Positions 28,955 through 43,032 are shown, counted from the stretch's first letter. The stretch: DNA of 64,000 nt from Neoconidiobolus thromboides FSU 785 (GCA_025603075.1 MU626313.1:51650-115649), one strand, 5' to 3'. The notes: a model not told the origin generated them from the letters alone. Made by a program: numbers and translations.

Positions 28955-30640
28955 TTAAATATATTTTATTTTAATACATTCAATAATATTAGCCTTAATA
29001 GTACCCATGGAATTAAACACTTCAATTTTACTTGACTGTTTTAAGTAGTTTAACCCATTTTCAATTGTGGTGTCAAAATTTAAATTACTTTTTACTTTAT
29101 ATCGAATAAGAAAGATAGTCCATTGAGTAATTATACCCAACCCAAAGCTAAACATATCAGCCACTCTCAACCCTGTACCATAAATAATAGCTAATTGACA
29201 CTCGATTAATATTTTCTCTAAGCACCCACTTCCATTTTTTGATGAAGAATAGGTTGAAAATCGATCAGTGTTTAGTTGTGCTGGGTGATAAAACTTTGGA
29301 GATAGCAAAAAGAACTTCAAAAAATGGCAAATAAATAATACGATGCTCCCATAGGCTTGAATTGGAGAATCCAAAACTTCCAAGTATGGCATTATGCCCA
29401 ACTGAGAAATTGCTATAAAGTAGTGCTCCTTTGTACTTTTAATTTTGTTTATTAAAAGCATAGTTCTTTCTATAATTCTTGTATTTTCTTCATTGTGCAT
29501 CATATAACTTTCTTTCAGTAAGCATATATGAAAGGCTATTAAACTTGAATCGCAGTAAAGTGAGCAAATTGTAACTTCACAGTATACATCGAAACTCTCA
29601 TCATTAACATATATCAATCCTTTGATATCTGTAAGATTATTTCTAATATTGAAGTATTCATATGATAAATAGATTGGGTTTCGTGGTATAGATAAATAAA
29701 ACCCAGCTATTAAGATGATAAAAGTTTGAAGCATTGCTATACACGAATATAACATGGCCCTTTCTAATAATACACATTGATGCATATTTTTAGGGCAATA
29801 GTTTAGACCTAGTAGATGGACTGCTTTTGCACAATATGCAAGATAATTTGTAAATTTAGAATAAACCCAATTGATTGAATACGAATAAAACAATAGTATA
29901 GTAATTATTTGAATGTTTTATAGCGTTGGCCTGATTGAATGAGGTACACCGAAATGAACCCTAAGTTTGCTTTTGAAATATTCAGTAAGATAGTTAGTTG
30001 TCTCATTTTTTTCCATATGACTTAAACCTACTAATAATATTGCTATTCTCAAAGGGCCCTTCTTCGAAGAAATATTAAAATGAGATTTTATAAATAGAAG
30101 AAATATTTTATTACTATATTCAAAAAAGCATTTGTGAGCTTCACTTAATACATAATTTAAGTTTATTATTTTTCGAATCTCTGGTGTGTTGTGTGGACTT
30201 AATGTCCCTTGGATCTTTACAGCCGGAGCAAACTTTGTACTCAAATCTAAAAATACGGATTGGTTTTGATTTTGACTAAATAAAGATGGATATTAGAATA
30301 AAGTCATTAGATTATGAAAAGTTTTCTTATCTGGATAGCTCGTAAATAGTTCTAATACTGTCTGATTTTGAAAAGACTTAATTGATCTAATCAGCTGTAG
30401 GTCATTTTTATGTGTATCTATAATTCCTACCTTTTGTTCTATTTGTTTAGCTTTATTGGTAACTTTCTTCTTTACTGATCCTTCTAGCTTAAAGCTTGAT
30501 ACATTTTCTTCCATTCCAAGTAGCTGTTTACCATATATATTCTTTATTAAATAAACACACATTCTTCTTTTTACAAGTTTGACGAATTAGTAACGCTCTG
30601 TCACATTTACGGTGGAGTTTTATATATCTATCGCATCTAA
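28955..30640 (-). pseudogene. Zn(II)2Cys6 transcription factor pseudogene
   Basis: CDRYIKLHRKCDRALLIRQTCKKKNVC at 30555-30635 (2 of 6 Cys lost); downstream region broken into three ORFs. Confidence 0.7.
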
Positions 30641-31453
30641 TTAAGGTACGAGAAACAGTTTGTGTGCCCGATTGTATCAATATTAAGGAAATAAAAGAGA
30701 TAGGCGAAAAAAATCTAGAATGGACCTTAATATATAATTTTATAAGATGCGAACTTTCCAGACTAATTAAAACTATTGAACAAATCAACTTAAGTTTGTC
30801 TAGAATTCCTTTTAAAATCACTTATACCTTAAATTATTTATGAGCTATATTTTTTAGATCACACTTTTTATTAATAAATTTTAAATGTCACGAATTGTTT
30901 TTATCAATATTAATTATAAGAGGTAGTGGTAAAAGGTGATTGTTGAACTATTTGAGCTCAATAATTATTAATATTTGTACAAAAAATACCAATAAGTAGA
31001 AAAATATCAAGATGCCATATCCTAAGTATAATGTCGGAAATAGTCAAATTTAATGCTAATCCCAACCTTGATTTCTTGGGTCAAACGTAAGATAAATCAT
31101 CCTTTAACCTTTTAATATAACTCATTATTAAGAGGTTTAATATCAGCTCATAGTTTGACCTTAACTATAAAATCCTTATTTACATTTAACATTAATAAAA
31201 TGTTCCTATAGCTGCAAAATTATCTGTAACTGTTCTAGATTTAAAACTGCAATTTCAAAAGGAATTGTTAAGCTTAAATGATATAAACATAATAGTTTAA
31301 AATAAAGTTTATTTTTTTCTTAAAATATGAAAACAATGTATTTTTAAATTAGTTATGTACCAATGTTTTTATTATACAAGCTAGGTTATAATTTATTGAT
31401 TATAAACAAATTGCCTAAAAGAAGGTTGTATCATATTTATAAAATAGTTACAT

Positions 31454-31551
31454 GGGGATGTGCTTTAATGTTTAAGAATTTTACTGACAAATTTTCCGCT
31501 TAAACAGCACTTAAAAAATGGAAAAAATAATGAAGTTAAAAAAACACTCCC
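31454..31551 (+). mobile_element. MITE copy 12
   Basis: GGGGATG...CACTCCC, flanks ACAT/ATAT. Confidence 0.9.
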
Positions 31552-32531
31552 ATATGATAAAAAATATAAAAATTATTACAAAGAAATAAAACTATTACAA
31601 CATAAAATTACTACAAGGACATTATGACACGCACGTACAACGTTTATAGCTTTATTCCTAACAAATGTATTAAAATGGCAGAGAAATGTCAATGTTAAAA
31701 TGAAGAAAGGTTGTTAAATGTTTTCTGAAGTTAATTTATTCCAACTTAAGCTTTTAACTTGTAATCTTGTATTAATCTTAGTTAAATCGTGATAGCTATA
31801 TGCAATAAATCCTGCTACCTTAAAGATATTTTTAAAGTATTTAATAAATAGTTTACTAATAGGATTATGATCATAATTGAATAAAGAAATCTATAAAAAT
31901 TTTTACGAAATTTCACCTAAAATTATATTCAAATTATATTATAACTCGATCTAAAGTAAATGTGACTAGTTTGTTAATTAACTCTTAATAGGTAAGTCTT
32001 ACTTATTTTGCATAATTTAATTATAGCTGTTTATTTTTTTAAATATTATCTTATATTATTTACATTTTAGTGCATATATACGCCTTTATCTTTATTTATT
32101 TATAGTTTATATTTTCAATTAACATCATGTTACTACAATTATTCTATTTAAATGTAACAATATAAACGTCATCAAACTAACTAGACTATTTTATAAAAAA
32201 ATTAGGTATCTACTTTCAGCATTAGCAACTTTCTTTTAATGTTTTCTAAACAAAGTGCAATGATTAACTCAGCAATCTGTAAGCTAATTGCTGATAAATT
32301 TTGAGATCATTTTCCAACTACCAAACAATGAAATTATGCAGTAAAGGAATAATAACCAATTATAATGAGCCAAATGGAAAATTTAAGCTACCAACAAATT
32401 GTAATAATTTAACGATATTTAATTGGTTAAAAATGAAAAAATTAAGATTTGAGTATTTAAAAAAAAAAAATCAAGTTTAAAAAAAGCATTCTTTTTATTA
32501 AAATTCATAATAAAAACCAAACTATAGCACT

Positions 32532-33560
32532 ATGAAGCTATTAGTATTCCTATTTGTTTTAGTCTCCGTATTAAGTTTATCCGTCCAAGCCTTTAAGAAA
32601 ATTGTTAAGGTAAATTTTATTGATGAAGGTATCGAAGAAATTACACTTGATGTCAAAACCAAAGCTTACGAGTGCAAAGATACTTCTTACAAAGTACTCA
32701 ATATTATACCTAACTTAGCTGATTCCCTTTATGAGAAATTTTTATCCTCTGAGACCCCAGCTGGAAAGGTAACTAAAGAATATACTGATTATGCAACTAA
32801 TTGGATCAATGAAAAATACAACTCAATGATACAAAATAACCAAGCAAGCTTTGTAGTAAATGATGAAGCCGTTGATGAAAAGATACGTAAGAATGTAAAG
32901 AAAGTGGATGTTTTTGAATTGATTGGAAAAAGATTTCAAGAAATTATCAACCCAGTTTATCCTTATTTATTAAATGCATACAACAACTTTGATAAATATT
33001 ATGAAATTGTCGTTGAAAACATTGAAAAAGGTATTAAGTTAGCCCAAAAATATATTGTTGCCGAATACAACCAAATTGTAAAGAATTATAATAGCCATCC
33101 AATAGTCACTAAAAATAAAGGATCCCAATTTCAATTTGTTAATGTACTTAACAAGAATATCCAAGATATTAGAAAATGGTACCACAAAGCGCTACCAGCA
33201 ACTGTTCAAGTTGAAAACATAGTCTATCATGGCCTTGGTGGCTTCCAAAAACGAGGTAGTGAATTATATAATAAAGCTTATGAATCTGGATGTGATTATT
33301 TTAAAGCAATTACCCAAAGCAATGGACTTAAAGTGGTTGAAATTGACAGTAAAAAAGAAACCAAAGCCCCAAGAAATACCGAAACCAAATATTTCAATTG
33401 TCGTTTAATTACCAAGTTTGGTACCAAAGTTGATCCTAAATCCACTGATATTCATGAAAAAGTAAAGGAGATTATCAAGGAAGGTGTTTATTCGGAAGTT
33501 ATCATGGGATATAAAATGAAAGATAAACAAAATAGAGTCTATCTTAAATTAGTGTGTTAA
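32532..33560 (+). CDS. Secreted protein of unknown function, single exon
   Basis: 342-aa open frame with hydrophobic signal peptide MKLLVFLFVLVSVLSLSVQA; no family recognised. Confidence 0.75.
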   Translation: MKLLVFLFVLVSVLSLSVQAFKKIVKVNFIDEGIEEITLDVKTKAYECKDTSYKVLNIIPNLADSLYEKFLSSETPAGKVTKEYTDYATNWINEKYNSMIQNNQASFVVNDEAVDEKIRKNVKKVDVFELIGKRFQEIINPVYPYLLNAYNNFDKYYEIVVENIEKGIKLAQKYIVAEYNQIVKNYNSHPIVTKNKGSQFQFVNVLNKNIQDIRKWYHKALPATVQVENIVYHGLGGFQKRGSELYNKAYESGCDYFKAITQSNGLKVVEIDSKKETKAPRNTETKYFNCRLITKFGTKVDPKSTDIHEKVKEIIKEGVYSEVIMGYKMKDKQNRVYLKLVC

Positions 33561-33935
33561 TACGTAAATAATACTATCGCTCGCTTTTGCTGAAATAAAA
33601 ATTTTGATATTATTACTCTTATTTTTTACCTTTGTTTTTTACCTTTGTTTTGTAATTGTTATATACAACAAATTTGTATAAGTTAATAGAAACAATGTAA
33701 AGTTTTAATCTTGGTTATCTATATTGATATCTCACAGTCCGTTTATTAAAGCGCTTAAACTTTAATACATTTAGTTTGAATTAAACATAAGTTTTAAAGC
33801 TAACTTACTGAATTTATAAGATTTAATTTTAAATAACTCAAGTATGGAATATAGCATGAATTAAACAATACACTATTAGTAATTATCTTTATTCACTAAG
33901 AAATAAAAAATTTAAAAACAATTAATAAAACACTC

Positions 33936-35173
33936 CTATTGATGCAAATGGGGATGGATAACACCTTCTTCATTATTATCATTTTGAAGGGGTTGATAAT
34001 TAGCTTTCTTTTGCTGATACTTAAAATAATTATACCAACCAATCCCAATAATAGAAATAATTAAACTAAGAAAAGTTATTAGCTTAAATATTATATAATA
34101 AAAATAAAGGATTTACCCAAAATAATTCAATAAACTTAATGTATCTTTAAATAATAATACCGAAATAGCAATCATCATAACTTCTTTAGAGATACCAGTA
34201 ATTGACATAGTCAACGTTGAAGTAAGTTGAATTAAACCAAACTCTGCTAAAGTCATTAAAAAAGCGATAAGACCACCAATGAGTACTAGAGTCCAAGAGG
34301 GTAAATAAGTATGTGAATTAGTAGCAAACATATGACTAGGTAAATTTAATATATCTTCAAAAAAGAGGGAACAAATGAACATGAATACACTCATAACAGG
34401 TGCTACTTTATAAAGGGTAATAATAGGGTGGTCTAATCCAAGTTCACTATTTTGTAATAAAATCTGAGTTAAACACCATTTTATACCGGAACTTATTGAA
34501 CCAACTAAAATTAATATAAAACCCAACAAATTGAAGGTAGTGTTATTGATAGAAGCTAAAGCTACACCAACACATATTAATACTATTATTAAAATTAACT
34601 GGACTCTCACTTTTTCTAATTTTAATATAAAAGAAAACAATAATACCCAAATTGGTACTGTAGATTTTATCACAGTATAAAAACTTAATGTTACAAACAT
34701 TAATGCAGCATTGCATGTACTGATTTCTAAACCTCCGGCAATGGCACATGGAGCCTTGGATTAAAAATTAACTTATAGAAAAATAGAAAACAAAAAAAGA
34801 GATGAACTTACCACTTTAAGCCAAAAATCTTTTTCAAAAAAAGAGACTACTTTTTTATCATTAAACTCGGTCCCTGTATTATGAAAGTTGGGAAATTGAC
34901 TTGGTTGTAGATAATTGATGAAAAAATAAGATAAAAAAAAGTGAAAACAAGCATGAAATGAAGAGGACAATAATGGATATTTAAAATTATTATATTTTGC
35001 TCCAAATAATATCTTGTTGATAGAGCTTAGTCCTGCTGAACATGCAAACCAAGTTATTATACATAGTAGTATTTTGATTGCATTCAGACTTAATCTAGAG
35101 GTTTTAGAATGAATTATTATTTTTGAATAAATTGATAGATGTGTAGTTACTTGTTTTTTATCGTTTGATACAT
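33936..35173 (-). CDS. Nucleotide-sugar / triose-phosphate transporter family (SLC35C2/Ymd8-like), multi-exon
   Basis: WFACSAGLSSINKILFG, FVTLSFYTVIKSTVPIWVLLFSFILKLEK, SGIKWCLTQILLQ, LTSTLTMSITGISKE. Confidence 0.85.
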
Positions 35174-35514
35174 CCTTTTTAAATATCTAAAAAATAAATT
35201 AAATAATACGAAAATAAAAAATTTGAATCTCAATAAATGTTAGTTGAAACTAAAATCTCGTTAAAATAGTGTAGCTTTTTATTCATCAACTGATAAATTG
35301 TAAGGTTTCGACTTGAATTTTATTGGTTTCTTAATAAGAAATAAAAGGAGTTTTAGTGCCATTATTTTTAAAAAATTGCGTTTTTTGCAATAAGTTGATG
35401 CTAACAAATTAAACTAATAAAATACACCTACATCATCTCAAAAAAAAGAAAGCAAACTTCCAATTCGGACAAATTTCAATTTTTAGTTCATAAATTAACA
35501 AATATACTAATAAA

Positions 35515-37046
35515 ATGGAATATGAAGAAGTATTAACAAATCAACCTATAGTAATAGATAATGTAAGCTGCAATAATATTTTAAAAAAGATTCAAATAAT
35601 CAATACCAAATAAAAGGGTTCCGGTGTTATCAAGAGTGGTTTTGCTGGTGCAACTTCACCAAAATCGTATTTTCCATCAATGTAATTCATTATTAGCCTT
35701 CATTTACTCCACTTAATAAAAAAATTAATCCATTATCAGCGTAGGTCATCCTAAACATACAAGAGTGTTAGCAGGGGGAGTAGAAGGGGATACATTTATC
35801 GGTAAAAGAGCGGAAGAACTTCGAGGTTTACTGAAATTGAGTTATCCAATTGAACATGGAACTATCAATAACTGGGATGATATGGAAACTATTTGGAGAC
35901 ATTTATATAGTCAAGAGTTAGATGTTTCTTCAGAAGAGGTAACTAGCTATAAAGTAAAAAATAGAGTCTTAATTAATATTCAACTTTTTTTTAGCATCCT
36001 GTCTTGTTAACTGAAGCCCCATTTTCACCAACTCAAATGAGGGACAGGGCAGCTCAAATTTTTTTTGAAACATTCAACGTACCTTCCTTTTTAACTTCGG
36101 TTCAAGCTATTTTAAGTTTGTAAATCTTATTATTATTATAAAAAGATCTTTTGATTTAATTTGATAATAGGTATGCTTCTGGTCGTACCACAGGTATAGT
36201 GTTAGATTGTGGTGATGGAGTAACTCATGCAGTACCCATTTATGAAGGGTTTTCTATGCCAAATGCAGTCAAAAGAGTGGACATTGCTGGAAGGTAAGTA
36301 AAAACTGAGATTATCATATTATACAGCGACTAAAGAAAGATATAAATGTATAGAGATGTAACCGAATATCTTCAAGTATTATTACGTAAAGGAGGATATA
36401 ATTTTCATACCAGTGCCGAAAAAGAGATCGTTCGATTAATTAAAGAAAAAACATGTTATGTTAGTTCTTCACCTAATAAAGAAGCTAAAGAAACAAGTGG
36501 TAAGGTTTCCGACTTTTTATTACCGGATGGGCAGATTATTAAAGTAAGTGAATGATTTTATTTTATTAAAATTTCAGGGTTAATATATTAATCTATCTAT
36601 TTTATAGTTAGGTTCTGAACGCTATAGAGCGGCTGAGATTTTGTTTAATCCAGAAATTTATGGATTAGAATATTCAGGATTACCACAGGTGATTGTGGAT
36701 TCGATATCTAAAGTGGATTTAGATTTAAGAGCTGATCTTTATAAAAATATAGTATTATCAGGTGGTTCAACTTTATTTAAAGGTTTTGGTGAACGTATGC
36801 TTCAAGATATACGTAAATTAGCACCTAAAGATTTAAAAATTAAAATCACCGCTCCTCCTGAAAGAAAGTTTACTACTTGGATCGGCGGTTCTATTTTGGC
36901 TTCACTTTCTACCTTTAAAAAAGTAAGTTTTTTATAGCTATTATAAGTTGTAGGTGAAGTGTTAATGTTTTTTTAATTAGATGATGGTCACTATTGATGA
37001 ATATCGTGAAGATCCACGAATCATTCATACTCGTTCTATTTGTTAG
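35515..37046 (+). CDS. ARP1: Actin-related protein 1 (centractin, dynactin), multi-exon
   Basis: [87 protein letters not shown]. Confidence 0.92.
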
Positions 37047-37405
37047 AAGTTATTTTTACACCATTGGAAGCTAGTTGGAACTCAATTTTTTTAATAAAAA
37101 ATAAATAAATGATAAGTTTGTTGTTTATAGATAGTTTTTTTGAATAATGTTCAATATTCTCATCTTTTTTAAAAATTTGTTTAATAATAATATATAAATT
37201 ATTTCTTTTTAGATATTTGAATTGAATTTTTCTTGAATTAAAAAGTACTAATAGTTAAACTAATAAATTAAATGGAAGATAATCAAAATCAAACAATCTA
37301 TAAAAGATACTCTAAACATCCAGTTAGAAAGTAATTAGGATTGGTTATCAATGAAGAATTTATTAAATCCTAAACAAACTCTAAATCTTCCATCAATTCA
37401 CTCAT

Positions 37406-37755
37406 TTATTTCTAAAAAAATCTATTAGCGAAAAACCCTCATCAAAAAAAAAAACTTACAGTGATCATCTTATACATTTTGTAAGTAGCACCAACAGATC
37501 CAGCAGCGATCAAAGTGCAGAGAACTCCAAAGACAAGTTTATCGGAACTACCTTTACGAAGATAAAGTAAAGAGTTGCTTGGTTTCTAAAGAATGAACAA
37601 ATATTAGTTTCATTGATTTTGTTTATATTGTTATTTTTAGTATCGTTGTTGTTTCAATTTATAGCTTTTATATTAGATTAATGAATGACAAGTTTTCTAC
37701 TTACTTGGAAAAAAATTTGTTGTTGACGTATAGTATTTGGGTTATTAAAACTCAT
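37406..37755 (-). CDS. Cytochrome c oxidase subunit VII (Cox7/COX7A-like), small multi-exon gene
   Basis: MSFNNPNTIRQQQIFFQ|KPSNSLLYLRKGSSDKLVFGVLCTLIAAGSVGATYKMYKMIT: N-x-Q-x-FQ motif, LxKGxxD and one TM helix; last exon uncertain. Confidence 0.65.
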
Positions 37756-38024
37756 CTTTTGAATTCGAAATATTGATGGAAAAAAAAATCACTTAATTGA
37801 ACTAACTAGTTACAATGGCACTCGGCTTAATTTTGAAATTGGATCATTCGATTTCATAATGGGAACTTGGAATGTAGTAAATTTCATTCTTTTTATTAGA
37901 TCTTCAATTTTTATTTTAAAAATAATAATACAAAAATTACAACCTCAAAAAAATAAAACGCAAAAAAATAACAGTCTTATTATCAAAAAAAAGTAAATTT
38001 ATTGAACTTTAGATTTTGTGTTTG

Positions 38025-38087
38025 TATTTATATTTATATTCATATTTATATTTATATTTATATTTATATTTATATTTATATTTATAT
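38025..38087. repeat. (TATATT)n microsatellite, about 10 units
   Basis: Direct reading. Confidence 0.9.
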
Positions 38088-38175
38088 CCATATTCATATA
38101 AAAAAAGAATAGTTTTCTCCGTAAAAAAATAGAACTTAGTAACCTATATACTTATAACTATACAAATTCAACTCA

Positions 38176-39707
38176 TTATTGATGAAAGGAGATGGATCTT
38201 GCTGACATAGTATCTACTCGACTACGATGAATCATAAAGGCAGGAGTAATCCATTTGCCACAAGAACATTGAGAACCTAAAATAAAAGTAACAAATATTA
38301 AACTTAAAATTATAGATAATATAAACTTTATTTACCTCTCCATGAATAAGTACCTAATTTAGTATGACATTTTGGGCATTCAATTTTACCATCTATGTGT
38401 CCTTCTTTAATTCCTTCTATCCAATCCATAGGTTCAATAAAATAGGAAGAACAAGACTATAGGTTATTATAAAATTATTATTATTTATTTATTTATTTAT
38501 TACCTCTTCTTTTTTATGATTTGAAAACATGGGATCTCTTTTTCTATAATTAAAATCAGTTTGCCCACTACCTACTTCATGAGGTATTATATTTTCTGGA
38601 TTGATTAAAGCTCGTCTATATTAATATTTGTTTTAACATTGTTATTTTAATTGCTATTTTAATCATTTTTACTTACCTGCATCGTTTACACCTAATTTTT
38701 TGAATTGTATTACCTGGGAACATAGTACCATTCATTATTTGTTCAGGATCAATACCTAATATCATATCTTTGGAAAAGCCTTGAGCTAATAATTATGAAA
38801 ATTATATTAATAAATAAATCATAATAAAATGGATATAGTGTAGTATAATATAAACAATGATAAGATAATATAAAATTATTCTACTTACAAATAAAATCAC
38901 TGCTCATTTTAGTAATTAAAAATCTTCTATAAAGTTCATTTTTAATATCAACTTCATAATTGATTTCATAATATAATTGTAATTGTTCTCTAAATCCTGG
39001 ATTAGGACTAAAAATGTCAATTCTTGTTATAAATTTGATATCAAATTTTTTTAACTTACTCAATAATACTTCGTGCCTTAGTTACTTGATTTAATGCTTC
39101 TTCAACAGACCAATTATGTTTTTTCATTAAATAAGCAATCACTACTGTTGCACTACGTGATATCCCTGCCATACTATTAAATTATATTAAACTAATTCTT
39201 TTATCTACTGATTTGTAATAATGTTAACTTACCAATGAACCAAAACATTACCATTTTGTTTAATAGCTGCATCAATAAAATTATTCGTTTGATCAAAATA
39301 TTGTAATAAATTTTCATTTTCTTCATCAAATACATTAATTTGTAATCGAATAATCTAAATTAATTATAAATTTAGTTATTATAATAAATATAGTATACTT
39401 AAAGGAGGATAAGGTTGATTAGTCAATAACTTACTTTTTCAGTTAGATTACAGTTATTCATATTTTTACCAACAGTCAATATATGCGTGATATTTAGTGT
39501 TTCTAATAATTGAGGCTTCTGTAATGCATCATAACTATCATTATTATATTGTTATTATAAGCTACTATTTATGTTGTTGATTACTTACCTTCCAAGATAT
39601 AAGTGTTCTTTAATTTGGTCACATAAAGAAATAGCTAATGTTTTTTCACTTACATCTAAGTTTAGCAACTTAGGAGGTTCAATTTTAATTTTGTTTTCTA
39701 AAATCAT
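38176..39707 (-). CDS. YVH1: Dual-specificity phosphatase Yvh1/DUSP12, multi-exon
   Basis: Exons flanking the VLVHC..AGISRSATVVIAYLM active site, PNPGFREQLQLY, C-terminal Zn-binding region CSSYFIEPMDW..GKIECPKCHTKLGTYSW. Confidence 0.88.
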
Positions 39708-40301
39708 ATTAAAATATCAATATATATCTTTATTTTATAGCTTATTAATCTATTTACTCATTATTATGTTCTTATCTATAATTGAAATTTACAATAGTTT
39801 TATTAAAAAAAATTCTCAAGAAATATATTCTATTTTAATTCCAATGCTGATTATTTGTTTTAATTTAATGTGACTTAGATTTGGCTTATTTTCACGGCTA
39901 TTTTTTCAAACTGGAATCAATTCATTCACTATTGTTATTACTATGATGTAATTAATAGATTATGCTATTATTATCTATTATAAGTAATTAATAATAATAA
40001 TAACATATATTTTAGTATTTAAATAATAATAGCTTGTAATAGAATGATAGAATGATAGAATGATAGAATAATATAGCCAATGATCAATATAATAATATTC
40101 GATTAAATTTTAAACAAATCTAAAACAAAATATAATATCAACAAATAAAATTTTATTACCACTTTAAGAAAAGAGTGGAGAGAAATTTAAACTCAAAAAA
40201 TTCCAAGTCACTTGAAAAATTTATCTACACAATTGCAATCTTCTACCAACCTCTTTTAATACTTCTAACTACAACAAATAACACCTTCACCTATAGTCAA
40301 C

Positions 40302-41445
40302 ATGGACCCCCATTCTTCCCACAATAGTAGTATACCACCATCTACTCCATTGACCACTCATTTTTATCAACCGGACAATTATTCAAATCCAAGTAATTCA
40401 GCATCTCAAGCAGAAAGGGAAAATTTAAAAACATTAAGTAATAAAAGGATAGCCACATTTGCTCATTTACATCGAGTACTTGAAGGAAAAAGTCATTATT
40501 TTAATACAGTAACTATATTAAAAGAAGAAATCTATTCGATTTATGATAATTCAAAATTAAGGAAAAGGTAAGTTTTGAAATGAAAAATAGAAAGAGACCA
40601 TAAAGAATTAATAGATTCAATGAATACAATTTTTTTTTTATAAACTTTAGAATTAATTTTATTATTATTTAGATCTCTTCAATATTTTACTTTAGGTTCT
40701 AGTTTAGGACCTATTATTGATATCCATCATCCAATGGATTTTTCAAAAGCATTAAGCAGTTTATTAGATGAATATGAAAGTTATATAACTAATGAAAACA
40801 GTAAAAATAAACGAAGGCCTAATTTTTTTCGTAGTAGAACGAGTTCAGATGTTAATAATAATTCCATGAACATTAATGAAAATTCTGAATTTATTAATTT
40901 AGATATTAAAAATGTGGTAAGCTATTAAATTTAAAATAATAAAATTTTTTAAATTAACTAATTATTTGTTTTTTATTTTAGCCTTTTGAATTAGATTATC
41001 TACAAGTGTTTTATGCTTTATGTAATATAATTTGTGTAGTTTATCATAAAATTGTAGATAATATGAAAGTACCTGTTCCTTCTAGTTATATTGAAACAAT
41101 GTATAAAGTAGATAATAAGTTTAAGGTAATTCTATTGTAATATTAATTTGTATCTATTTTATATTATCCTATTTTTATATTATTTATTGTTTGTTCGTTT
41201 TTTATTTATTAATTCTAACATTATTTTATTTAATATAGAAAATCATTCAAATTGTAACTAAAGAATTAGATAATATTGTTAGAAATAGTATTAAAGAAGA
41301 ATTGGGTATATTAGACCCCTTAATTTCTCAAAAAAATAATAACGTTTCATATCCATTTGAAGATTGGGAAGCTTTATCAATGGTAAGCTGAATTGTTGTG
41401 TTATGTAAGATAAATGTACTAATGAAGTTTTAGGATTCAAAATAA
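40302..41445 (+). CDS. Conserved-looking hypothetical fungal protein, multi-exon
   Basis: GT-AG exons chain in frame (KRIATFAHLHRVLEGKSHYFNT; YFTLGSSLG; PFELDYLQVFYALC); family not identified. Confidence 0.65.
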
Positions 41446-41629
41446 GCGCTTCTATAGGGTGGAGCTCTTTTATTTAAATAAATCTCTTTTTTTTCTATTA
41501 TATATGCATATGTACTTGAAGTTTACTATTTTTATGTTTAAAGAATTTCTTTTTTAAACTTCATAAAAAAAAAAAGAATTTTTATTCCTTATCTTTTTTT
41601 CATATTCAACTTCAACAAACAATAGAAAG

Positions 41630-42767
41630 ATGACTCAACACTCCAACATACCTCAAGAAGAATTAAAACAATTAAAAGAGAAACATAATCAATTATTAAA
41701 TTTTGAAAACGTATTGAAAAACAATTTGATAGATTATAAAAATTATTTAGATTTAAGTAAGTTGATTTTGATTTTATTTCATCTCACTTTATATAGAAGC
41801 AAGATATACAAAGAGTTAAAATGAAGATCGATTGAGTTTTTAATTCTTAGATTTCATTGAACTAACCCATTCAACTTTTATTTCTAGTTCAAAAAAGAGA
41901 TTTAGCTAAAGTAAAACGAAGTCAAATAACGGATAAATTAGGGATTGAAAAAGAAATTCAACTATTAAAAAAAGAGTTAATTGAGTTACAAGCCAAAAAA
42001 CAGATTAAAAATAAAGTAATTGAAAAGTAAGTTTAAATACTATTATTGGAATTGTTGGCTTTGTTTAAATTCATCTCAAATATCTTAAAATATTCAAAAT
42101 TACTGCTTTTCTCTTGAGCAAATAATAGAAAAGATTCAACTAGCTTAACTAAGACTGATTCTTTTTCTTTTTGTTTAGTACTATTGTTCAAGTCGAATTA
42201 TTAAAATCGTACTATAAAGAAAATAAATCAGTTAATGGGATTGATGAATTAACTAAATTAGATCAAACAATTATGAAATTGGTGGATAAATTAGAAGATT
42301 TAGATGACAAAAATAAACAGTCCTTTTTTTTGGTTCAAGGTAAATTAATAAAACATAGGAACAAGTAGAAAAAGAAAAGAGATATTTTATTTATAAAGAT
42401 TTTATTTACTAATTTGATTTTATTAGATCATCTTGAACAATTAAAAAAAGAAATTGAAAAACAAAGTCAAACAGATCCATCTCAACAGTAAGTTGATGAA
42501 TATCTTGTAATCAACCTAATATAATAAACTAATCTCATCTTTTAGTACTTCTCAAAATCAAAAATCAATACAAAATTTAAATTTCTTAAATAAAGAAATT
42601 CGATTGCTTCGTCAAATAATAACGGTAAATAATAAAAATCAAACAATTCAATTGATTAATATAGTTTATTTATATAAATTGTATAGGGGTTAGTCTTTAC
42701 TAGTAAAATTGATTGGTATAATGATAAAGAAATATACGAATTAATGATGGAAGAAGAAGAAGAATAG
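41630..42767 (+). CDS. Coiled-coil protein, candidate kinetochore CENP-H/Fta3 homolog; exon 1-2 junction unresolved
   Basis: C-terminus EIRLLRQIIT|GLVFTSKIDWYNDKEIYELMM resembles the CENP-H C-terminal SxVxWxxDxxL motif. Confidence 0.5.
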
Positions 42768-42838
42768 GAGGGAAAGAGGAAGAGAGATACGGTAAGAGAA
42801 TGTAAAATAAAAGAGAGCAATAATAATATATAACGAAT

Positions 42839-42996
42839 TTATTTATTTAAATAAAAACCGTTAAAATCTAATTTGATAGCTAATGGAATAAAAAAATCAT
42901 TACCCCTTAAAATTGACAAAATTAAATTTTTAACTTCATTATCAAATTTTACAGATAATCTTAATAACTTTTCTTTTACTTTAATATTTTTTAAAC

Positions 42997-43032
<36 letters not shown>

